This document shows positions 50,706 through 61,035 of a DNA stretch of 64,000 bases, piece by piece. The stretch spans positions 8,280 to 72,279 of the forward strand of contig CASGBM010000001.1 of NCBI GenBank assembly GCA_949299615.1, read 5' to 3'. A program made the position numbers and the translations under genes. The notes below the pieces were generated by a model. That model was not told the DNA's origin and did no database searches. It saw only the letters and a program-made list of their open reading frames with translations. Numbering within the stretch: the first letter of the stretch is position 1; every line of letters begins with the position of its first letter. Origin of the DNA: an uncultured Eubacteriales bacterium (GTDB lineage: Bacteria > Bacillota > Clostridia > UBA1381 > UBA9506).

Positions 50706-51531
50706 CAGAGCAATCGGCGTGTTTGATTCCGGATTGGGCGGATTAACGGCGGTAAAAGAATTGATGCGTTTGCTGCCGGAGGAATCTATTGTCTATTTTG
50801 GAGATACCGGACGCGTGCCGTACGGGACAAAATCCAACGAGACCATCATTCGGTACACCATGGGTGACATTCGGTTTTTGAACACGTTTGATTTAAAGGC
50901 GATTATTATTGCCTGCGGCACAGCCAGCGCCATTGCGCTTCCGGCGGTGCGCGGCAAATGCAGCGTTCCGCTGGTGGGGGTTGCAGCGCCGGCGGCGCGT
51001 GCCGCTGTGCGTGCGACAAAAAATAAAAAAATTGGGATTATCGGCACGCCGGGGACCATCCGGTCCGGTGCGTATGAAACATTAATTCATAAACAGGATG
51101 CGTCTATTGCCACCATATCGCAGGCATGCGCCTTATTTGTGCCTTTGGTGGAAGCGGGATGGACAGAGAATGAAGTGGCCCGCCTCACCGCACAGCAATA
51201 TTTGCAGCCAATGATAGAGGCGGGGGTAGACACCCTCATCATGGGCTGTACGCACTATCCGCTGCTTGTGCGGACAATTGCCCGGGTCATGGGCGACCGT
51301 GTGACGCTGATTGATCCCGGAGCGGAAACAGCGCGGGAGGTAAAAGACAGCCTGCAGAAAAATGACATGCTGTCTGCCGGTGCGGAAAAAGAGCAATACC
51401 GCTTTTTTTCCAGCGATTGCGTAGATGGTTTTACGGAGCTCGGCTCCCGGTTTTTAGAGCGGCCGATTGCAGGCCATGTACAGAGAATTGATATAGACCA
51501 ATATACCCCAAAAGAAGAAACACAGAGGTAA
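50698..51531 (+). CDS. murI: Glutamate racemase (start uncertain: TTG 50698 or ATG 50662)
   Basis: IGVFDSGLGGLT, FGDTGRVPYG, ACGTAS, GCTHYPLL. Confidence 0.9.
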   Translation: MDNRAIGVFDSGLGGLTAVKELMRLLPEESIVYFGDTGRVPYGTKSNETIIRYTMGDIRFLNTFDLKAIIIACGTASAIALPAVRGKCSVPLVGVAAPAARAAVRATKNKKIGIIGTPGTIRSGAYETLIHKQDASIATISQACALFVPLVEAGWTENEVARLTAQQYLQPMIEAGVDTLIMGCTHYPLLVRTIARVMGDRVTLIDPGAETAREVKDSLQKNDMLSAGAEKEQYRFFSSDCVDGFTELGSRFLERPIAGHVQRIDIDQYTPKEETQR

Positions 51532-51546
51532 TGCGGAGGAAAAAAC

Positions 51547-52008
51547 ATGGAAAATAACGCTTTGATTGTTTTAACCGGCAAACAGGTGGTTGACGGGGAA
51601 GAAAACAGCTATGAATTGACAACCATGGGCAACTATACCAAAAAAGGCGATAAATATTACATATCTTATGAAGGCAGTGAGATTACGGGATATGAAAACT
51701 CCCGAACCACACTGAAAGTAAAGGAAGATTATATATCGATGATCCGTTTCGGAAAAGCGTCCGCTCAAATGATTTTTGAGAAGGGTAGCAAGTATTCCGG
51801 CTTTTATAACACGCCTTTCGGCGGAATGTCCGTGGATGTAACCACCAAAGACATTCAGGTAGATATTGATGAAAACGGCGGGGAATTTCGCTTGGATTAT
51901 TATGTTCAGTTTAACCACGATACACCCGTTCGAAACGGTATGCATGTAAAAATCAGGAAGGTAGGGGACGAAATTGACAGTGTACGAACTGACAAAGAAT
52001 ACGCTTAA
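51547..52008 (+). CDS. DUF1934 (YwiB-like) protein
   Basis: Small beta-rich protein directly upstream of argS, as in other Firmicutes. Confidence 0.6.
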   Translation: MENNALIVLTGKQVVDGEENSYELTTMGNYTKKGDKYYISYEGSEITGYENSRTTLKVKEDYISMIRFGKASAQMIFEKGSKYSGFYNTPFGGMSVDVTTKDIQVDIDENGGEFRLDYYVQFNHDTPVRNGMHVKIRKVGDEIDSVRTDKEYA

Positions 52009-53665
52009 GGGCTGGATCAATGAGGCGCTTGCGGCGGCAAAGGAAAAGGGAGAGCTTGCCTTTTCTTCCATCCCGGATTATGTGATAGAAGAACCGAGAG
52101 AAAAAGAGTTTGGCGATTTTGCAGCAAATGCCGCCATGCTTATGGCAAAAGAAGCGCGCATGGCGCCGAGAAAAATTGCGGAAATCATTGTGTCCAACCT
52201 GAAAACCGAAGGCACATTTATCCGGGAAATCCATGTGGCAGGCGCTGGATTTATTAATTTTAGGCTGGACGGCTCCCAGTTGGTAAAAGTGTTGGAAATG
52301 ATTGATGAACAAAAAGAAAACTATGGCCGTATTGATATGGGAAAAGGCGAAAAAGTGATGGTTGAGTTTGTCAGCGCCAATCCCACCGGTCCGATGCACA
52401 TGGGCAATGCCCGCGGCGGCGCCCTGGGTGACTGCCTGGCAAGTGTGCTCGATTGGGCGGGGTTTGATGTGTGCCGCGAGTTTTATATCAATGATGCCGG
52501 CAATCAGATAGAAAAGTTTGCAAATTCTCTGGAGGCGCGTTACATCCAGGAACTCAAAGGGGAGGACGCCGTAGAATTTCCGGAGGACGGCTACCATGGC
52601 GAGGATATTCGGGTGCACGCAAAAAACTTTATTGGGCTTTATGGCGACAGCTATTTGGACAAGCCTTCGGAAGAACGGAAAAAAGCCTTGGTCGATTATG
52701 CGCTTAAAATTAATATTGATGCGCTGAAAACAGATCTGGAAAAATACCGTATTTATTATGACGTATGGTTTCATGAAAGCACTTTACATGAAAACGGCAA
52801 GGCCCGTGAGGTAGTGGATGAGCTAACGGCGCGTGGCTGTACCTATGAAAAAGACGGCGCCGTTTGGTTTAAAGCCACGGATTTTGGAGAAGAAAAAGAT
52901 GAAGTTTTGGTGCGGGCAAACGGCTTTTTGACCTATTTTGCAGTGGATGTTGCCTACCACCGCAACAAGTTAATTGACCGCGGTTTTCAAACGGCAATTA
53001 ATATCTGGGGAGCCGACCACCACGGACATGTGGCGCGCTTAAAAGCGGCAATGGCAGCGCTGGGAATCGACCCGAACCGGCTGGAAGTTATCTTAATGCA
53101 GCTGGTGCGGCTGGTGCAGGGCGGTGAGGTTGTACGCATGTCTAAAAGAACCGGAAAATCCATAACGCTCAATGATTTGCTGGAAGAAACCAGCATTGAT
53201 GCGGCGCGGTTTTTCTTTAATATGCGGCAGGCAAACAGCCATTTTGATTTTGATTTGGATCTTGCCGTGGAGCAAAGCAATGATAACCCAGTGTTTTATG
53301 TGCAGTATGCGCATGCGCGTATCTGCAGTATCCTGCGGCTTTTGGCGCAGGAAAATATTGCAGTAAAAGCGGCAAAAGAGGTTGATCTTACGCTGCTTAA
53401 AGAAGAACAGGAAGTGGATTTGATGAAACTCTTGGCAAGGTTTCCGGAGGAAATCCGCTCAGCGGCTATTGCTCGGGAGCCCAGCAGGATCACGCGTTAT
53501 GTAATGGATCTTGCGGCGGGATTTCATACTTTTTATGGAGCATGCCGCGTAAAGACAGAGGATATGGCATTGATGGACGCGCGGCTGGTTTTGGTTGCAG
53601 CAACGAAAACGGTGCTGAAAAATGCGTTGTCGGTGCTTTCCATTGAAGCGCCGGAACATATGTAA
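51974..53665 (+). CDS. argS: Arginine--tRNA ligase
   Basis: SANPTGPMHMGNARGGALGD (HIGH region), MSKRTGKSITL (KMSK), C-terminal anticodon-binding domain. Confidence 0.92.
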   Translation: MTVYELTKNTLKGWINEALAAAKEKGELAFSSIPDYVIEEPREKEFGDFAANAAMLMAKEARMAPRKIAEIIVSNLKTEGTFIREIHVAGAGFINFRLDGSQLVKVLEMIDEQKENYGRIDMGKGEKVMVEFVSANPTGPMHMGNARGGALGDCLASVLDWAGFDVCREFYINDAGNQIEKFANSLEARYIQELKGEDAVEFPEDGYHGEDIRVHAKNFIGLYGDSYLDKPSEERKKALVDYALKINIDALKTDLEKYRIYYDVWFHESTLHENGKAREVVDELTARGCTYEKDGAVWFKATDFGEEKDEVLVRANGFLTYFAVDVAYHRNKLIDRGFQTAINIWGADHHGHVARLKAAMAALGIDPNRLEVILMQLVRLVQGGEVVRMSKRTGKSITLNDLLEETSIDAARFFFNMRQANSHFDFDLDLAVEQSNDNPVFYVQYAHARICSILRLLAQENIAVKAAKEVDLTLLKEEQEVDLMKLLARFPEEIRSAAIAREPSRITRYVMDLAAGFHTFYGACRVKTEDMALMDARLVLVAATKTVLKNALSVLSIEAPEHM

Positions 53666-53726
53666 GAGGTTGTGAAAAGTCAGAGAGTTGGCGGTTATGA
53701 ACAAATTCCAACAGGAGGCTTTAGGT

Positions 53727-55205
53727 ATGAAACATATGAGAAAAAGAATTTTAGGATTTTTCTTGGCTTTTGCACTCATCGTAAGTTCCTGCATGCCTGC
53801 ATTTGCAGAGGACAGCGCACGTCCGGAAGAAAATCTCCAGGCGCGCTACATTAAAGATATTGTGCGGGAAGTGGCAAAGCAATATCGGTTTGATGTGTCA
53901 GAGTCAGAACTTTATGAAGCGTTTACCGCTTATGTGATGAATGAACATCCGGAACTGCTCGAAGGGGCAATCCGGGCGGTCACGAGTGACCTGGATCCTT
54001 TCTCCGGCTATTACAGCCGGGACGAGCTGGTCGGGTTTGGGCAGTTTATTGAACCAAACTATGTCGGAATCGGGATTGAAATTACGCGTGCGGTGGGCTG
54101 TCTGGAAATTACGGGCGTCACACCGGGAAGTCCGGCAGAAGCAGCCGGAATTAAGGCAGGAGATCAAATCGCGACGATTAACGGAGAAGATGCGACCCAT
54201 TTTAATATCGACATGGCGGCAGAACGGGTTCGCGGCGAAGAAGGAACCACGGTTAATCTAGGTATTTTGCGTGAGGACCAGCTGCTTTCTTTTACGGTAA
54301 CAAGAGCGAATATTGCTTCCATCACCGTAACCTATGAGACGGTTGATGGTATAGGATATATGAAAATTTCCCAGTTTAATTCCACAACACCGGATGATGT
54401 CAAAGCTGCGCTCTCGTCGTTTGATTCACAAGGAGTAAAGCAAATCATTGCAGATGTGCGGGACAATCCGGGAGGAGAATTAAACAGCGTGCTCAAAGTG
54501 TTATATCAAATCGTACCGGAGGGTATGCCGCTTACTACCATTGACTACAATGGAGAAGAAAGAGACGTCACGTTCTGTTCCAATGCAAAATTTAAAGAAA
54601 CAGACCGGACATTTGTTGTTCTTATTAATGAAAATACAGCCAGCGCGGCAGAGCTTTTTGCCGGGGCTATCCGGGAAAATAAAGTCGGCATCACCATGGG
54701 CGTCCGTTCCTACGGGAAAGGAACGGTTCAGGAGTTTATGGGTTTAAACAGTTTAGGCGGGGAAAAACTGGGAGATATTAAGCTGACGGTGGCAGAATAC
54801 ACAATGCCGAGCGGAGAAAGCATCCATAAAAAAGGAGTTGAACCGGATATTGAGGTGAAAAACCAATACACGCCGTTTGAAACAGAAGATTTGGCACCGA
54901 TGGTATTTGAAGGAAAATATACGGTGGGCGACAGCGGCGACGGAGTTTTGGCCATTGAACAGCGTTTAGACGGTTTGGGTTATCAGGCAGGAGAATTGGA
55001 CGGGGTTTTTGACGAAGAACTGGAACTTGCCGTTTACAGTTTCCAGTCCGATGCCGGACTTTATCCTTATGGTGTTATGGACATTACCACACAGACATAT
55101 TTAAAAAATGTATGTGCTGAAATGAAGGTGCTGCACGATTTACAAATAGAAGCCGCATGGGATTATTTTAAAGATAAGGCAGGGACGCAGAATGATCAGA
55201 ACTAA
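53727..55205 (+). CDS. S41 C-terminal processing peptidase with PDZ and C-terminal peptidoglycan-binding domain
   Basis: Signal/TM MKHMRKRILGFFLAFALIVSSCMPAFA; PDZ PGSPAEAAGIKAGDQI; VRDNPGGEL; NENTASAAE; YGKGTVQ; PG_binding_1-like GDSGDGVLAIEQRLDGLGY. Confidence 0.85.
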   Translation: MKHMRKRILGFFLAFALIVSSCMPAFAEDSARPEENLQARYIKDIVREVAKQYRFDVSESELYEAFTAYVMNEHPELLEGAIRAVTSDLDPFSGYYSRDELVGFGQFIEPNYVGIGIEITRAVGCLEITGVTPGSPAEAAGIKAGDQIATINGEDATHFNIDMAAERVRGEEGTTVNLGILREDQLLSFTVTRANIASITVTYETVDGIGYMKISQFNSTTPDDVKAALSSFDSQGVKQIIADVRDNPGGELNSVLKVLYQIVPEGMPLTTIDYNGEERDVTFCSNAKFKETDRTFVVLINENTASAAELFAGAIRENKVGITMGVRSYGKGTVQEFMGLNSLGGEKLGDIKLTVAEYTMPSGESIHKKGVEPDIEVKNQYTPFETEDLAPMVFEGKYTVGDSGDGVLAIEQRLDGLGYQAGELDGVFDEELELAVYSFQSDAGLYPYGVMDITTQTYLKNVCAEMKVLHDLQIEAAWDYFKDKAGTQNDQN

Positions 55206-56379
55206 AGTCATATCTCTTTGTCTGGCGGGGACGCTTTTGTTATCCTGTTCTCTATTGTCCGCCGGTTCTCGCAAGGTGTACGGAACTTCTGTCCAGGACA
55301 GAATTAACCAGGCAACAAAGGACAAACAAGAGGCGCTGGAAAAATTAAATGAAAGCAAAGAGAAAAAAGAGACAGAACTGGCAAAAAAAGAAAAACTGGA
55401 TCATGAGATTGATTTGCTGGAGTCAGAACTTTCGGAGATTGATGCCATCATCAATGAGGCGGAGCAGGAGATTGCGGTAAAAGAGCAGGAAATTGCTGGT
55501 TATGAGGCAGAAATTGAGAGTGATGAGCAGGATTTCCGCCAGCGGCTGAGAGCAATGGATGAAACAAATGCCGCCAGTTATATTGATCTTTTGCTCAATT
55601 CTCAAAGCTTCAGCGACTTTTTTGCAAGAATTGAGACCATTCGCGAAATATCGGAGCACGATCAGGAAATTATTGATCAAATGATCGCCCTGAAAAAAGG
55701 TGTAGAAGATAGCAAAAATGTGCTGGTGTTAAAGCGGGATGAACAAAAAGAGGCTCGCTCTCTTGTAGATGGCAAGAAAAGTGAGCTTGATGCCAAAATG
55801 GCAGAACAAAATCAATTGATAGAGTCTATCAATAATGATATCGCATTGCAGGAAGAAATGTATGAAGAATCCACGAAGCTGGAGCAGGAACTAAAAGACA
55901 GTATTCGGTCAAGTTTGTCTTCGTCAAATTCTTCGGTGAATTCTACGACGCCTTCCGGACAGACATTGCGCTATAGCGGCGGTCCGTTCGCATTTCCTGC
56001 GCCCAGCCTAATATATGTCTCCTCAAATTATGGCTACCGCACCCACCCAATTACCGGTCAGCCGTATAAATTCCATTCAGGGGTTGACCTTGCTGCACCG
56101 CAGGGAAGCAATACCGTGGCGGCAGAAGCAGGAGTTGTCCGCATGGCAGGCTGGAACGGAGGCTATGGCAACTGCGTCATTATTGACCATGGAAGCGGCG
56201 TGGCAACTCTTTATGGGCATAACTCCAAACTTTTGGTATCGGCAGGCCAGACGGTCAGCAAGGGACAGGTGATTGCAAAAGTAGGGTCGACCGGCAATTC
56301 AACCGGACCACACCTGCACTTTGAAGTGCTGATCAATGGGTCAACAACCGATCCGGCGCCCTATATTGGGCTTGGCTAA
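55192..56379 (+). CDS. M23 metallopeptidase with N-terminal coiled coil
   Basis: HSGVDLAAPQGS...DHGSGVATLYGHNS...GSTGNSTGPHLHFEV. Confidence 0.88.
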   Translation: MIRTKVISLCLAGTLLLSCSLLSAGSRKVYGTSVQDRINQATKDKQEALEKLNESKEKKETELAKKEKLDHEIDLLESELSEIDAIINEAEQEIAVKEQEIAGYEAEIESDEQDFRQRLRAMDETNAASYIDLLLNSQSFSDFFARIETIREISEHDQEIIDQMIALKKGVEDSKNVLVLKRDEQKEARSLVDGKKSELDAKMAEQNQLIESINNDIALQEEMYEESTKLEQELKDSIRSSLSSSNSSVNSTTPSGQTLRYSGGPFAFPAPSLIYVSSNYGYRTHPITGQPYKFHSGVDLAAPQGSNTVAAEAGVVRMAGWNGGYGNCVIIDHGSGVATLYGHNSKLLVSAGQTVSKGQVIAKVGSTGNSTGPHLHFEVLINGSTTDPAPYIGLG

Positions 56380-56431
56380 TGGGTAAGACTGCTAACCAAA
56401 AATTTCTCAGGCAAATTACTTAAAGAACATT

Positions 56432-57640
56432 TTGATATATAGGGAGATGCAGGCTTTGTATAACAAAAAACATCTGGTATTGACAGCGGCGGTTACTGCT
56501 GTAGTGGTTTTTCTGTCTACTTCTGCGTTTTTTATTGGAGAAGGAGGAATGACAGGGGAAAAACTGGTAAAAGCAAGAAAAATGATTGTTGATAATTATG
56601 TGGACCCATTGTCGCAGGAACAGCAGGAAAGAATGGATGATGCAGCCATCAGCGCCATGGTGGACAGCCTAGGCGACCCATACAGCCGGTATCTGAACGA
56701 GCAGGATTTTGCTGATTATCAGGAAGAGAATGAGGAAGAGTATGTTGGAATCGGAATCTCTGTAACCTTTACTCCTGAGGATAATACGCTGACAGTAATG
56801 TCTCCGTATGACAATTCCCCTGCGCAGAAAGCGGGAATTTTGCCCGGGGACCGCATTGTGCGCGTAGACGGCGTGGAAGTTACGGCAGAGACATACAATG
56901 ACGTCATTAACCATATTAAAGATGAGAATGCAAAAGAGGGAGAGCAAATCGTTCTGTCCATAGAACGCGGAGAAGAGAACGAACAATTGGATATTACGGT
57001 AAAGCGCGGTCATGTTGACATTCAAACGATTACTACAAAAATGTTTGGAAATTCCATCGGATATATTCGAATAGCGCAGTTTATTAACCGAACCGAGGAA
57101 GATTTTAAAGCAGGTTTAGAACAGCTGAAAGCTGATGGGATGAAAGGGCTGATCATCGATCTTAGGAATAATCCGGGCGGCTATGCGCATACGGTTCTTT
57201 CCATGGCGGATATGCTGCTGCCGGAGGGGACCATTGCATACCTTGAGGATAACAAGGGCAGACGGGAATATTTTGAGTCAGATGCAGAAGAATTGGGACT
57301 TGATATGGTGGTTTTAATTAACGGCGGAACTGCCAGCGCGGCAGAACTTTTAGCAGGCAGCATCCAGGCATATGGCTTGGGGACCTTGGTTGGAGAAAAA
57401 AGTTTTGGAAAGGCTGTAGGGCAATCGCCGCTTGCACTGACAAAAAATTCGGCAATTTATTTGACCAACGCAAGATATTACACGCCAAAGGGTGAGTGTA
57501 TCGATAAAAAAGGGATTGAACCGGACGAGGTAGTGGAGCTTGCTCCGGAATTATACAGCAGGCTCACGCTTTTAACATTAGAGGAAGATACTCAGCTTTC
57601 CAGGGGAATCGAAATTCTGACAGAGAAAATCGGCGCATAG
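56432..57640 (+). CDS. S41 C-terminal processing peptidase (second copy; start uncertain)
   Basis: TM anchor, PDZ NSPAQKAGILPGDRI, LRNNPGGY, NGGTASAAE, FGKAVGQ. Confidence 0.85.
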   Translation: MIYREMQALYNKKHLVLTAAVTAVVVFLSTSAFFIGEGGMTGEKLVKARKMIVDNYVDPLSQEQQERMDDAAISAMVDSLGDPYSRYLNEQDFADYQEENEEEYVGIGISVTFTPEDNTLTVMSPYDNSPAQKAGILPGDRIVRVDGVEVTAETYNDVINHIKDENAKEGEQIVLSIERGEENEQLDITVKRGHVDIQTITTKMFGNSIGYIRIAQFINRTEEDFKAGLEQLKADGMKGLIIDLRNNPGGYAHTVLSMADMLLPEGTIAYLEDNKGRREYFESDAEELGLDMVVLINGGTASAAELLAGSIQAYGLGTLVGEKSFGKAVGQSPLALTKNSAIYLTNARYYTPKGECIDKKGIEPDEVVELAPELYSRLTLLTLEEDTQLSRGIEILTEKIGA

Positions 57641-57687
57641 ATTGCTGCCATTAACAAGTTCTTTTGGGGAAAATCCAATGCGTAAAA

Positions 57688-57741
57688 AACGGGAATGCCT
57701 GCAAACGAAATGGGAATGTCTCGGACACTCCCGTTTTGTTT
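57688..57741 (+). terminator. Rho-independent terminator
   Basis: AACGGGA...TCCCGTT outer stem with inner GGGAATGTC/GACACTCCC, then TTTTGTTTG. Confidence 0.6.
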
Positions 57742-57798
57742 GTATGATTCAATGGAAATGAGAGATACTGTATTTTAGAAAACACCGGGAGGAATCCG

Positions 57799-60700
57799 AT
57801 GAATTACCTTATTTTATTTACTATGCTTTATGCTGCGCTTTTCCTTTTGTTGTCGATTTCTGCGATATGTGTGCCTGCAAAAAAAGGGATAGGGAAGCAA
57901 TATACGTGGAAGGATTATTTTCCATATGCAGCGGGGCTGGTCGCCATTTTTATTCTTCAATTGCTTGTTTGTGCGATCCTTCCAGGTCATAAGCAGGACA
58001 GCGGCCTATTTCAAGCGTGGACCTCATTTGGGTTGGAGCATAAAATGTCGGAGTATTATACCACAGATCTGTATGTGGATTATCCGCCGGTTTATTTAAG
58101 CCTTTTGTATGGGATTGGTAAAATAGCTGCGCTTTTTGGAATCGATCCGGGGACAGGCGGCTATATTGTCATGATCAAACTGATTCCTATTTTATGTGAC
58201 TCGGTGTTTACGGTGTTTTTGTTCCTGTTGGCAAAAGAAAAGTTTGGGCTGCAAAAAGCCGGCGTGCTGGCTCTTTTAACGGCGGTCAATCCGGCAATGA
58301 TTCTCAATTCTACGATTTGGGGTCAGGTGGACAGCTTTGTATTTTTGCTGACGCTTGCAATGCTGTTTACGCTATATAGCAAACAATATGTGCTGTCTTG
58401 TGGCTTGTTTGCGTTTAGTTTTTTAACCAAACCGCAAATGATTATCTTTGCGCCGCTGGTTGGCTTTACAATTTTATCGGACTTTATATCTTGTTTTCAG
58501 GACAAAGCACTGAGAAACCATATGATTAGGCAGCTGGCGCTTTCGATTCTGGCAATAGTGGTTGTGCTCTTGGTGGTTCCTCTTCCGATTACAGGGCTGC
58601 GGTATGAGCTTTTATATGAGCGCTATTTAAACGCCGTTGGCTTGTATCCTTATGCAACGATAAATGCTGCCAATTTATACGGCGCTTTCGGGCTCAATTG
58701 GGCAGAGAGCTCACAAAAGTTTTTATTTTTAAGCTATCAGCAATGGGGCTTTGTGTTTATTGTGATTATGTCACTCATTATTGGAGCGGCTAGTTTTAGG
58801 ATAAAAGACAGGAAACGCATTTTTTACCTTGCCGCTTTTACAGTGGCAACGATATTTATGTTTGCCCACACGATGCACGAACGGTATCTTTACAGCCTGC
58901 TGCCGCTGCTTCTCATCCTTTTCGTCATTTCCGGGGATAAGCGGATGCTCTTTTTGTATGGCGCCTTTTCGCTGACGCAGTTTTTAAATGCCGGTCAAGT
59001 GCTGGTTTTAAACCTAAAAGATGATTTCATATATGGGGATAATGTGTTTTTTATCCTTCTTTCCTGGACACAATTGATACTGTATGCCATCATGGTTTGG
59101 TCATGGTATCAGATGTTAGTGAAACAAAAGATAAAAGACAGCCTGTGCCATGTAAGCACAGGACATTCTTCTTCTTTTAAAAATAAATCAAAGAAGGGAA
59201 CAGAGACGGTGAAAAAGAAATGGGAAATGGCAATCCAGCCAAGGGCAAAAGAAGTTCGTCTGGAGCGAAAAGATGTGTTGATCATGGTTGTACTCAGCTT
59301 GTTTTACGCTGTTTTTGCCTTTTGGAATTTGGGGTCACATTCTGTGCCGGAAAACGGGTGGTATGTTGAGGAAAAAGAGGAACGGGCGGTAATTGATTTA
59401 GGGCAGGTCTGCGATTTAAAACAAATTTATGCATATGCCGGCTGGATTGACCGCCGGGAATCGGACAGCGAAGTGGCGCGCGATATTGACTTGGAAGTTT
59501 CTACGGACGGGACGGTATGGAAAAAATTAAACAAAGACATGAAGCTGACCGACGTTTGGCGCTGGAATGTTACTTCTGTGGATGCAAGGGCACGCTATAT
59601 TTGTCTTACGGCAGATGACGGGCGGTTTTATATTAACGAGCTGGCGTTTTACGGGGAGACGGAAGAAGAGCGATATCAACCGGTCAGAGCATATAGCTTG
59701 TCGGGAAATGACACCACTGAATTTTTGATTGATGAACAGGACCGCGTAGTGTATGATTTTAGCTGGTATGACGGAACGTATTTCGATGAAATTTATCATC
59801 CTCGCACTGCTTACGAAAACCTTACCCACCGGTATCCGTATGAGAATACGCATCCGCCTTTGGGAAAATTGATCATCGCAGGCGGCATTGCACTGTTTGG
59901 CATGAATCCGTTTGGGTGGCGCTTTTTTGGAACGCTTTGCGGCGTTTTGATGGTGCCGCTGGCATATATGATGGGTAAAAAAATGTTCAAAAGCAGCTTT
60001 TTTGCCTTTTGTGCAGCATTTTTATTTACCTTTGACTTTATGCATTTGTCCCAAACCCGCCTGGCAACCATTGACTCTTATACAACGCTTTTTGTAATGG
60101 GCATGTATTATTTTATGTATTTATACCTGCAAAAAAGTTTCTATCAATATCGTTTAAGAGAAACACTTTTGCCCCTTTTGCTCAGCGGAATTTGTTTTGG
60201 ATTGGGTGCGGCGACAAAATGGCAGGGAATTTATGCGGGTACGGGTCTTGCTTTCCTGTTTTTTGCCAGCCTGGTGCGGCGGTATTTGGAATACCGCAAA
60301 GCCTGCCGTACGGCAAATCCGGACAAACAAATGCGCCATATCATCGAAAGCTTTGTTCCTATGACGCTAAAAACAGTTCTGTTTGCAACGCTGTTTTTTG
60401 TTGTTGTGCCGGGAGTAATTTATTTTCTCTCTTATATTCCGGCAATGATGACGCCGTCAACGGGATTGGAATTTTTCTTTACGAACCAGCCATCGATGTA
60501 TGAATATCACAGCGGTTTACAAGATGATCACCCGTATGGCTCGGCGTGGTGGAGCTGGCCGCTTGATCTGCGCCCGCTTTATGCGTATTCGCCAAACCGG
60601 AGCTTTGTGCCTGAAGGGACGTCGATGGGGATTTCCTCCTTTGGAAACCCGTTTATCTGGTGGCTGACAATTCCTGTAATTATCGGAGGAGTTGTGCAGG

Positions 60701-61020
60701 TAATCAGAAAAAAAGGCAGTCGGGAACTGACGGTGATTTTAATTGGCTTTGCGTCTATGTATCTCCCATGGGTGCTGGTGCCCCGCGTGGCTTTTATTTA
60801 CCATTTCTTTCCCTGTGTGATTTTTGTGGTGTTAGGGATTGTGTATTTTATGAAACAAATAGTAGAAAAAGACCCAAAAGAGAAAAAGTATATTTATGTA
60901 TATCTTGCGGCAGTGTTCCTTTTGTTTATCATGTTTTATCCGGTTTTGACCGGAATTGCTGTACCAACGGCGTATGTAGAGACGTGCCTGAAATGGCTGC
61001 CGACATGGGTATTGGGTTAA
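57799..61020 (+). CDS. Polytopic membrane glycosyltransferase: N-terminal GT-C-like half + discoidin-like domain + C-terminal PMT/GT39-like half
   Basis: DYPPVYLSLLY in the N-terminal TM bundle; central soluble segment (..DLEVSTDGTVWKKL..YINELAFYG); C-terminal FDEIYHPRTAYE..HPPLGKLIIAGG, a PMT-type motif. Confidence 0.65.
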   Translation: MNYLILFTMLYAALFLLLSISAICVPAKKGIGKQYTWKDYFPYAAGLVAIFILQLLVCAILPGHKQDSGLFQAWTSFGLEHKMSEYYTTDLYVDYPPVYLSLLYGIGKIAALFGIDPGTGGYIVMIKLIPILCDSVFTVFLFLLAKEKFGLQKAGVLALLTAVNPAMILNSTIWGQVDSFVFLLTLAMLFTLYSKQYVLSCGLFAFSFLTKPQMIIFAPLVGFTILSDFISCFQDKALRNHMIRQLALSILAIVVVLLVVPLPITGLRYELLYERYLNAVGLYPYATINAANLYGAFGLNWAESSQKFLFLSYQQWGFVFIVIMSLIIGAASFRIKDRKRIFYLAAFTVATIFMFAHTMHERYLYSLLPLLLILFVISGDKRMLFLYGAFSLTQFLNAGQVLVLNLKDDFIYGDNVFFILLSWTQLILYAIMVWSWYQMLVKQKIKDSLCHVSTGHSSSFKNKSKKGTETVKKKWEMAIQPRAKEVRLERKDVLIMVVLSLFYAVFAFWNLGSHSVPENGWYVEEKEERAVIDLGQVCDLKQIYAYAGWIDRRESDSEVARDIDLEVSTDGTVWKKLNKDMKLTDVWRWNVTSVDARARYICLTADDGRFYINELAFYGETEEERYQPVRAYSLSGNDTTEFLIDEQDRVVYDFSWYDGTYFDEIYHPRTAYENLTHRYPYENTHPPLGKLIIAGGIALFGMNPFGWRFFGTLCGVLMVPLAYMMGKKMFKSSFFAFCAAFLFTFDFMHLSQTRLATIDSYTTLFVMGMYYFMYLYLQKSFYQYRLRETLLPLLLSGICFGLGAATKWQGIYAGTGLAFLFFASLVRRYLEYRKACRTANPDKQMRHIIESFVPMTLKTVLFATLFFVVVPGVIYFLSYIPAMMTPSTGLEFFFTNQPSMYEYHSGLQDDHPYGSAWWSWPLDLRPLYAYSPNRSFVPEGTSMGISSFGNPFIWWLTIPVIIGGVVQVIRKKGSRELTVILIGFASMYLPWVLVPRVAFIYHFFPCVIFVVLGIVYFMKQIVEKDPKEKKYIYVYLAAVFLLFIMFYPVLTGIAVPTAYVETCLKWLPTWVLG

Positions 61021-61035
61021 AACGGGGGAGTGAAA

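Noticed and set aside
51953-52774. 273-aa minus-strand ORF, and also 60832..61599 (-) of 255 aa
   Set aside because: They are antisense to argS and to the rlmB-like/glycosyltransferase genes, which have unambiguous motifs. These are typical shadow ORFs.
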